Shown piece by piece: positions 57,645 to 64,000 of a stretch of DNA of 64,000 nt. The translations under genes and the position numbers were made by a program. Under the pieces are notes generated by a model. The model did no database searches. It was not told the DNA's origin and was given only the letters and a program-made list of their open reading frames with translations. The DNA is from a virus: the IMG/VR virus record IMGVR_UViG_3300044956_000373, positions 5,888-69,887 of that record; one strand, written 5' to 3'. Every line of letters starts with the position of its first letter. Within the stretch, counting starts at the first letter, position 1.

Positions 57645-59422
57645 TGTACGACGAAAATACAAATATAATATTAGGTGACCGAAGATTTAAAGGGGGTATA
57701 AATGTTGATGGGGCTATTGATGTACCACTAAAACAAAGTACCAAATTAATTAACGAATACGATAGAACAATAAATGTTAATTTAGAAGAACTTTTCGATC
57801 AAGAAAGACAAGAATCTACAATTTTTAGACCAGTTTGTAAGTATAGTCTTGTTTTTGATAATGCAATTACTGGATCAACTACCTATGTTCCATTTAGAAA
57901 TAATTTGTATTATACAAATGAAATACAAAACACAATCACGTCATTTCCTAATGGAAATGTTGGACAAAGCGCCTTACCAACACCATGGGATGGTTTTCCA
58001 CAATATTTTGAATTTGATTTTATTAGAACTGATAGGGGTGTTGTTGGATACACCGCACCCCCTAGTAACCACATAAATTTTAAACCATTAAGTGCTTCTA
58101 CATATAATTGGACTCATTACATAAGTTATCCATTTGAAAATGATTACACTAAAACTTTAAATCTTATTGAACCAAAGTCAAATAATTCGTGGACATGGGT
58201 TGCGTCTCAAGGTATACCATTTGTGATACGTGTAGGTTCAGAACAAAACAAAAGGATAATTAGTTTTTATTGTCCATTACCACATGGATTAACTGCGGGT
58301 AATTACGTAGAGCTAACTATTTCTTATAATGGTGAAAACTACTTTCAAGTGACAAGTTTGGGAACACCAGGATTTGATTCTAATGAATACTATTTTAATT
58401 TAGTAAATGTTGGTTATATTGGTAACACTTTCCTAACAGGAACTCAAGGGTTTTTAAAAAGAGTTATAAATATTAACAATATTAGTGAAACAAAAAGTGA
58501 GTATTATATTAGAAGACATAAAATAATAACGGATGTTCAGTGTTCTGTTTTAGTTAATTCGGGTTTTGAGCAAAACGCTTTTAACACCAAAACTAAATTT
58601 GAAAAACAAGCTCTAACACCCACTCAAGTTGCTAGAACTTCAGTGAAAGAATCTAGTCAGTCATATACCCTAAGTTTTAATTGTGATATCGACGTTCAAC
58701 CCTATCGAGATAATCAAAAAAGACCAATTAGTGAGTTGTTTTTTACTACAATATGGCGAGGTTATTTTGGATGGACAAGAAATTTGAAACAAGGATGGTT
58801 TTTTAATACATACTTAAATAATGGTTCACCATCATCATGGTGGGATCAGTCTAATCCATTATCTAACACCAATATACATCAATTACAATACAATAGTTTA
58901 TATAATAACACCGGACCATTCTATTATAATAGAACATTAACAAGTGGTGACACTATTGATGGGGACTTTTGTGAATGGAATAACTACGATCAACAAGAAC
59001 GAGTGATTTCCGAAAATAGACACAAAATCAAATTTAATACAAATTATTTTTATCAAAGTACGGGGTTACTTCCAACAAATCAACTTGGATATTTTTATGA
59101 TCCACACACCCCAATTCAAATACGAAGTTTTTCTAGTTATGTTGAGGAAGGGGATGAATCGGTGGTTGGAATTCCTGATTATGCTTACTTTTCACAATTA
59201 TCAAATAGTTTTAGATGGAGAGACCTATTACCTTATGGTTATATTGATGAAGATTTTAATGGGGTAGATTTTCCTTTTTTAAATGGGAAACATTATCCAT
59301 ATACAAATATCGTATTTAGAATAACACCCGAAAATTACAATGTCGATAGTGAATATACACAAGGTATTCTTACACCTGACATAACCCAAATACAAGACCC
59401 GATAGTAGATGAATGTGAATAA
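57644..59422 (+). CDS. Putative structural protein
   Basis: 592 aa, translationally coupled within the baseplate operon. Confidence 0.55.
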   Translation: MYDENTNIILGDRRFKGGINVDGAIDVPLKQSTKLINEYDRTINVNLEELFDQERQESTIFRPVCKYSLVFDNAITGSTTYVPFRNNLYYTNEIQNTITSFPNGNVGQSALPTPWDGFPQYFEFDFIRTDRGVVGYTAPPSNHINFKPLSASTYNWTHYISYPFENDYTKTLNLIEPKSNNSWTWVASQGIPFVIRVGSEQNKRIISFYCPLPHGLTAGNYVELTISYNGENYFQVTSLGTPGFDSNEYYFNLVNVGYIGNTFLTGTQGFLKRVININNISETKSEYYIRRHKIITDVQCSVLVNSGFEQNAFNTKTKFEKQALTPTQVARTSVKESSQSYTLSFNCDIDVQPYRDNQKRPISELFFTTIWRGYFGWTRNLKQGWFFNTYLNNGSPSSWWDQSNPLSNTNIHQLQYNSLYNNTGPFYYNRTLTSGDTIDGDFCEWNNYDQQERVISENRHKIKFNTNYFYQSTGLLPTNQLGYFYDPHTPIQIRSFSSYVEEGDESVVGIPDYAYFSQLSNSFRWRDLLPYGYIDEDFNGVDFPFLNGKHYPYTNIVFRITPENYNVDSEYTQGILTPDITQIQDPIVDECE

Positions 59423-60218
59423 AGTTAAAATATTACGATCTGACTTAGATAGTTATTTGAACCTTCCTGTTGAAATGACATGGGATTTTTCAGGTAGAGA
59501 TCAGGCTATTGAGGAATATGAAAATACGGTACTAAAAGAAATATTAGGTCAAATTAAAGACTTTGAGGTAATCAGATTTTCACATAAACCATTTGCAAAT
59601 GAAGATACCGATATTAATTATGAATTTAATTTTTATGATAAAATTACACCAATAACCGCAAATACTGTAAACCAATCTAATTGGGGGTCAACTTACATAA
59701 ACGAAGGTTTTACGGTAGGAGAGGTTTACTATAATGCGAATTCATTTGTAAAATCCTTTTTCAAGTTGGATTTTTACGACACACCAAATGAAAGGACTCA
59801 GAAAAATTATTTTACAATTATATTACCTACTCAACAAGGTCTAACACAAAACGTACAATTAGGGCCTCAAATCCCAAATGTTGATATTAAAATACCAACA
59901 TTTAAGTTGGATTATTTAGGTGATAAGGAAGGGTTTTTTGTCTATTGGTTAAGAAATAGAGATTATATAAATATAGATACTTTTTATATGAGTGCTAAAT
60001 TCTTTGATGGTAAATTGGGGGTATTTGTTGAAATGACAAACAAACCACAATCACAATTGGTACCAAGTAAATTTAGTTTTAATGGAGCGGATTATTTTTA
60101 TTATAGAGTCAAATTGAATTATTCAAATTTTACTTATGAAGTAACTGATGTGAATGGTTTAAATAGAATTGGAGGATCTTTGAATCCGATAAAGTGGTAT
60201 GAATACGTAAACCCATAA
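59409..60218 (+). CDS. Putative structural protein
   Basis: 269 aa, overlaps its neighbours in the operon. Confidence 0.55.
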   Translation: MNVNKVKILRSDLDSYLNLPVEMTWDFSGRDQAIEEYENTVLKEILGQIKDFEVIRFSHKPFANEDTDINYEFNFYDKITPITANTVNQSNWGSTYINEGFTVGEVYYNANSFVKSFFKLDFYDTPNERTQKNYFTIILPTQQGLTQNVQLGPQIPNVDIKIPTFKLDYLGDKEGFFVYWLRNRDYINIDTFYMSAKFFDGKLGVFVEMTNKPQSQLVPSKFSFNGADYFYYRVKLNYSNFTYEVTDVNGLNRIGGSLNPIKWYEYVNP

Positions 60219-61399
60219 TGGATACACAATATTATAAATTTGTAGTCTCACCCGAAAATATAAAAGGTGATTTAATTTCTGTACCATTTACAGGTGAAAC
60301 GGATATTAAAATTTTAATAGATCCGTGCTGTCCGATCACGGCAGAAACTATCACAACGATAACAGGAAACACAGGGTATTATTTACCAATGAGCGAGGTA
60401 TTATCGGGAGGTACTGACGGAAATTCAATACTAACAGGATTAAGTGTTAATTTATTATTAATTCAAAATACTGTGGATATTGGTTATTATTCGGTATTTG
60501 ATGGTGCAATTTTACAGAAAGAAGTTCTAACAAATTTCTTATTTAGTGCCGATACTATCACAGATCCTTTAGGTTATTCATATTATTTTTACAATACATC
60601 TGACATTGAGTTTGCAAAATTTTTACAACAATCAACATATGTAATTGATTGGGGAGATGGATCGCCACAACAACCAATAACAAGCCCACTTCCTGTTTTT
60701 CACCAATATCCATCGGGTAGTAATGTATATACAATAACACTTACATCATATTCTCCGTGGGGTATATCTTATGTTGAAAAAGACGTAGTTGTACCATTTA
60801 CAGGGACTACAATACCAAACCCAAATGGAACCGCTTTTTTTATACCCGCAGGTGGAAGTTGGTCTGCAACTCCAATAAGTTATGATTATATATTTACGGG
60901 AAACTCTAACACCAATATAAATGATTTTTATAGTTATAACTATACAACAATACCTTTTCTAATTACAGGTTACACCGAGTCATCAATAAGTGAATTGATA
61001 CAATATGGACCTATAAGTAGTTTAATTGGTGGAAAGTACGTATATGGACCTGTTACGGGAAATACCGGTCAAGTTGGTGAATTTATAGGACCAGACCCAT
61101 CAGGAATTTACACCGCATATACTTTAGGTAATATTACTTATTATGATTATGAAGATTTCACAATATATGTTGTTGAGTCTTCAGGTTTTACTCAAAATGA
61201 TCTTATTCTTAGTGCAATAACGAAAAATGAAGCCTTATTAAATGTGGTAGATGAATTACAAGTGTTATCTAATGTTTATGTTGAAAGGGGTGTTTATGCA
61301 CCATTAGAAAGTGTTATGAGATTGGGTGAAGTCGATAACGTTGGTGATTTAGAAAAGTACGGATATGGATTCTTTAATGTCGAAAAAATAACGACATAA
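60218..61399 (+). CDS. Putative structural protein with PKD/Ig-like domain
   Basis: YVIDWGDGS...HQYP...YTITLT PKD signature. Confidence 0.6.
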   Translation: MDTQYYKFVVSPENIKGDLISVPFTGETDIKILIDPCCPITAETITTITGNTGYYLPMSEVLSGGTDGNSILTGLSVNLLLIQNTVDIGYYSVFDGAILQKEVLTNFLFSADTITDPLGYSYYFYNTSDIEFAKFLQQSTYVIDWGDGSPQQPITSPLPVFHQYPSGSNVYTITLTSYSPWGISYVEKDVVVPFTGTTIPNPNGTAFFIPAGGSWSATPISYDYIFTGNSNTNINDFYSYNYTTIPFLITGYTESSISELIQYGPISSLIGGKYVYGPVTGNTGQVGEFIGPDPSGIYTAYTLGNITYYDYEDFTIYVVESSGFTQNDLILSAITKNEALLNVVDELQVLSNVYVERGVYAPLESVMRLGEVDNVGDLEKYGYGFFNVEKITT

Positions 61400-61424
61400 C
61401 TATTTATTAAAAAGAAAAAAAAAT

Positions 61425-62333
61425 ATGGCAACAGGCAGTTATGGGACGGTAAGAGGTTCAGATGTTAGTCCCGAGGATGTAGAAATTATATTAACATATA
61501 CACCAAGTAGGGATGATACAAATAATTTTATTTTGACAACTTTGAACGCTCAGGATGTTCTAAGACCTTATTTTCATAACTCTGATACTGGAGGCAATGC
61601 AAATGTTGAAATATTAGGTGGTTTATACAATTTAAAATTACCGGCAAATCAATTTAATAAATTAGGTATTTACACCCTTTTAATAAGACCCGCCGAAATT
61701 AGAACGGTGATTAATGATTGTGGTGTTTTATCTGCATTACCAAATGTTAAAGGAATTGTTATTGATATTAACCAAGTCCCAATTGAATATAGAAATAAAT
61801 TCGTTAATCAAGGTTTAGTTGGGTTTAGAGTTGAATATTTAAATCCTAGTGGAACCAAGATACCAAACTTTTTTAGAATTATAACCTCATCTTTTTATTG
61901 TGAACCTGTTGTTCAAAATTTAACAAACACAATTCAAAAATCGATTAGATATCGATATGTTGATGGTGCGACTAATTTAATTTTCTGTACACTATCACCA
62001 TCATCGTCACCAACAAACAAACCAAATGCGACACCATATATTGGTCAACCCAATCAAAATATTATTATTACAAATACATACTTTAATCCAATAACTACTG
62101 AAATAGAAATTGTTGACCAAGACATCTCAACATTGGCAATTGCGTTGTATGGTAATCAAACTAAATCTATTGATGACGGAATCTACACCATTTACGATTC
62201 TAATAATAACATATATAAACAATACAACCTTTATGAGATTAAAGACCAATTCAATACTTTATTGTATGAGGTTAGACAAGATAGGGGTACTAACATAGAT
62301 TTCAGTAAAAGTTTTACTAATATAACGGCATAA
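61425..62333 (+). CDS. Putative structural protein
   Basis: 302 aa; TATTTATT at 61401-61408. Confidence 0.55.
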   Translation: MATGSYGTVRGSDVSPEDVEIILTYTPSRDDTNNFILTTLNAQDVLRPYFHNSDTGGNANVEILGGLYNLKLPANQFNKLGIYTLLIRPAEIRTVINDCGVLSALPNVKGIVIDINQVPIEYRNKFVNQGLVGFRVEYLNPSGTKIPNFFRIITSSFYCEPVVQNLTNTIQKSIRYRYVDGATNLIFCTLSPSSSPTNKPNATPYIGQPNQNIIITNTYFNPITTEIEIVDQDISTLAIALYGNQTKSIDDGIYTIYDSNNNIYKQYNLYEIKDQFNTLLYEVRQDRGTNIDFSKSFTNITA

Positions 62334-64000
62334 TGGCAACACAAAAATTTACCTGTCCACCACAAAGTGCTAGCGGTCAAGGAACATTCTCTGACAATAT
62401 AGTTGGATTACAACTAGTTGGTGGAGGTGGTTTTACACAGGCTAATTTCGAGTTCACAACATCAATTTCAGAAAAACAAAATAGAAACTTCAACATAGGT
62501 ACTTTTTCGGATCCAATGAGTTTGAAAAGTATGAATATTGAAGGTCTATTAGAGGCAAGAAATATTCTAACAAACAATTTTCAAGTATATCCCAATTATG
62601 ATTTATCACAAGTTACTAACTTTACAGAATATGGTTCATTATCTAAAAGGTTATCAACATCTGTTATCAAAATTATTAACTATTTTCCTGCGGCTTTAGA
62701 AATATCACCTGTAAACTCTAAATTATTAAATGTCGAAACCGCAATAAATGCGACTTATGATGTTGTTGATAATGAAACACAATTTGAAATAAAATTAACA
62801 TCAATCAATAACCCTTTAGATATAGACTTCTCAATTGATGCAACAAGAAATTTAGTTTTACAAGAAATTCCTGTTTCACCACTAAGAGACATGACTACCG
62901 AATATAAAAAATATTCATTATTTATTAGACAACAAGAATATCCTGTTAATTTCCTTTATCCTACTGATAATAACTCAATAACATTAAAGTTAATTGTTGA
63001 AGGAAATCCTTTTTCGGGCAACTCAATTTCTTACGAATATTTGGTAATTAGACCTAATAATATTGAGGTTAACAAAGTTTTTAATTATAGTTTAGATCCT
63101 GTTGAAAACTTCCTATTAAATAGAAATGTAAATCCAATATATACCGCAAGTTTTAGAGTTCCTATTGAAAATGAAGATGGGACTTATGTCTTTACAGAGC
63201 AATACGCAACATTCCCACTTAATGGTATTTGGAACTTAGACATCCAGTCTAATGCGTTTGATAACTACCTTCAAAGACTAAGTGATTATGGTATTAGTTT
63301 AGATGAGTATAAAACTAATTTGATATCAAGATTTTTAACCACGGCAGCATTAAAAGAATTTGACACGACCGATCAAAAGTTTGAAAAAGTTTTACAAATA
63401 TATGGTAGAAGTTTTGATGAAACAAAAACATTCATTAATGCTTTGGCAAATATGAATAATGTCAATTATATTGTAAAAAATGACATTCCATCACAACTAT
63501 TGAAAAATTTGGCAGAAACTTTAGGTTGGAAAACTAATATATCCCCAATAACTAATGAACAATTATTAAATAGTGTATTTTCACCAACAACTAACACATT
63601 TTCTGGTTTATCTAAAGGACAAACTCCTGATGAGTTAAACTATCAATATTATAGAAATTTAATTTTAAATTCTGCATACCTTTTCAAATCTAAAGGTACT
63701 AGAAAGTCCATTGAGTGTTTGTTAAAACTAATTGGAGCGCCTGAAGCTTTAACTGAATTTAATGAATATGTTTATGTTGCAGATCAAAGAATCAATATGA
63801 GTGATTTTGAGCAACAATATAGACAAATCACAGGAGGCACATTTACACAACAATTTCCGTCATTACAAACAAGCAATGTATTTTCAATACAGGGAATGCA
63901 ATATACTGGTTTTACAACTAATAGTATCACGGTCGATGTCACAACAACTAAAGATGACTACCCCGTTGACATTTTTGGGTGTCCTCAAATGCCAAGATCA
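62333..64000 (+). CDS. Baseplate wedge-like protein (T4 gp7/P2 gpI-like), runs off window
   Basis: ATG 62333 overlaps the previous TAA; frame read as open to the window end (MATQKFTCPPQ...). Contains LLKNLAETLGW...LFKSKGTRKSIECLLKLIG. Confidence 0.7.
   Translation, partial: MATQKFTCPPQSASGQGTFSDNIVGLQLVGGGGFTQANFEFTTSISEKQNRNFNIGTFSDPMSLKSMNIEGLLEARNILTNNFQVYPNYDLSQVTNFTEYGSLSKRLSTSVIKIINYFPAALEISPVNSKLLNVETAINATYDVVDNETQFEIKLTSINNPLDIDFSIDATRNLVLQEIPVSPLRDMTTEYKKYSLFIRQQEYPVNFLYPTDNNSITLKLIVEGNPFSGNSISYEYLVIRPNNIEVNKVFNYSLDPVENFLLNRNVNPIYTASFRVPIENEDGTYVFTEQYATFPLNGIWNLDIQSNAFDNYLQRLSDYGISLDEYKTNLISRFLTTAALKEFDTTDQKFEKVLQIYGRSFDETKTFINALANMNNVNYIVKNDIPSQLLKNLAETLGWKTNISPITNEQLLNSVFSPTTNTFSGLSKGQTPDELNYQYYRNLILNSAYLFKSKGTRKSIECLLKLIGAPEALTEFNEYVYVADQRINMSDFEQQYRQITGGTFTQQFPSLQTSNVFSIQGMQYTGFTTNSITVDVTTTKDDYPVDIFGCPQMPRS

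Noticed and set aside
1-64000. Eukaryotic giant virus (NCLDV) or cellular origin, suggested by PolB, SNF2, GT60 and SOD
   Set aside because: Contractile tail sheath, tube, baseplate and neck genes plus bacterial-type terminators indicate a tailed bacteriophage.

Overview
AT-rich, gene-dense segment of a large tailed-phage genome (myovirus with a contractile tail, distantly T4-like). The host is probably Bacteroidota, judging by A-rich start regions without Shine-Dalgarno sites and by TTG-N20-TAnnTTT promoters. From left to right the window holds: a glycosyltransferase cluster (GT9-like, GT60-like, HtrL+GT2) among small Pro/Thr-rich virion-type genes, two of them decayed to pseudogenes; a family B DNA polymerase; neck and head-completion genes; a three-domain HExxH/SOD fusion; an intein-containing SNF2 helicase; tail sheath, tube, chaperone, tape measure and large baseplate genes; a replication/recombination block (SSB, RecA, RHH+HNH insert, 5'-3' exonuclease, DnaB-like helicase, class II RNR); and a second baseplate block running off the right end. 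Main leads: (1) possible phage-encoded mucin-type O-glycosylation of Pro/Thr repeats on virion proteins; (2) an unannotated +1 frameshift (TTT TTT CGG) in the tail chaperone gene; (3) [IL]-x-E linkers and leaders suggesting capsid-packaged, protease-processed cargo that includes SOD; (4) a TATTTAT motif in front of about 20 genes; (5) a hairpin just before the polymerase gene. No tRNA, rRNA or CRISPR array was seen. All product calls come from motif recognition and gene order; no database search was run.
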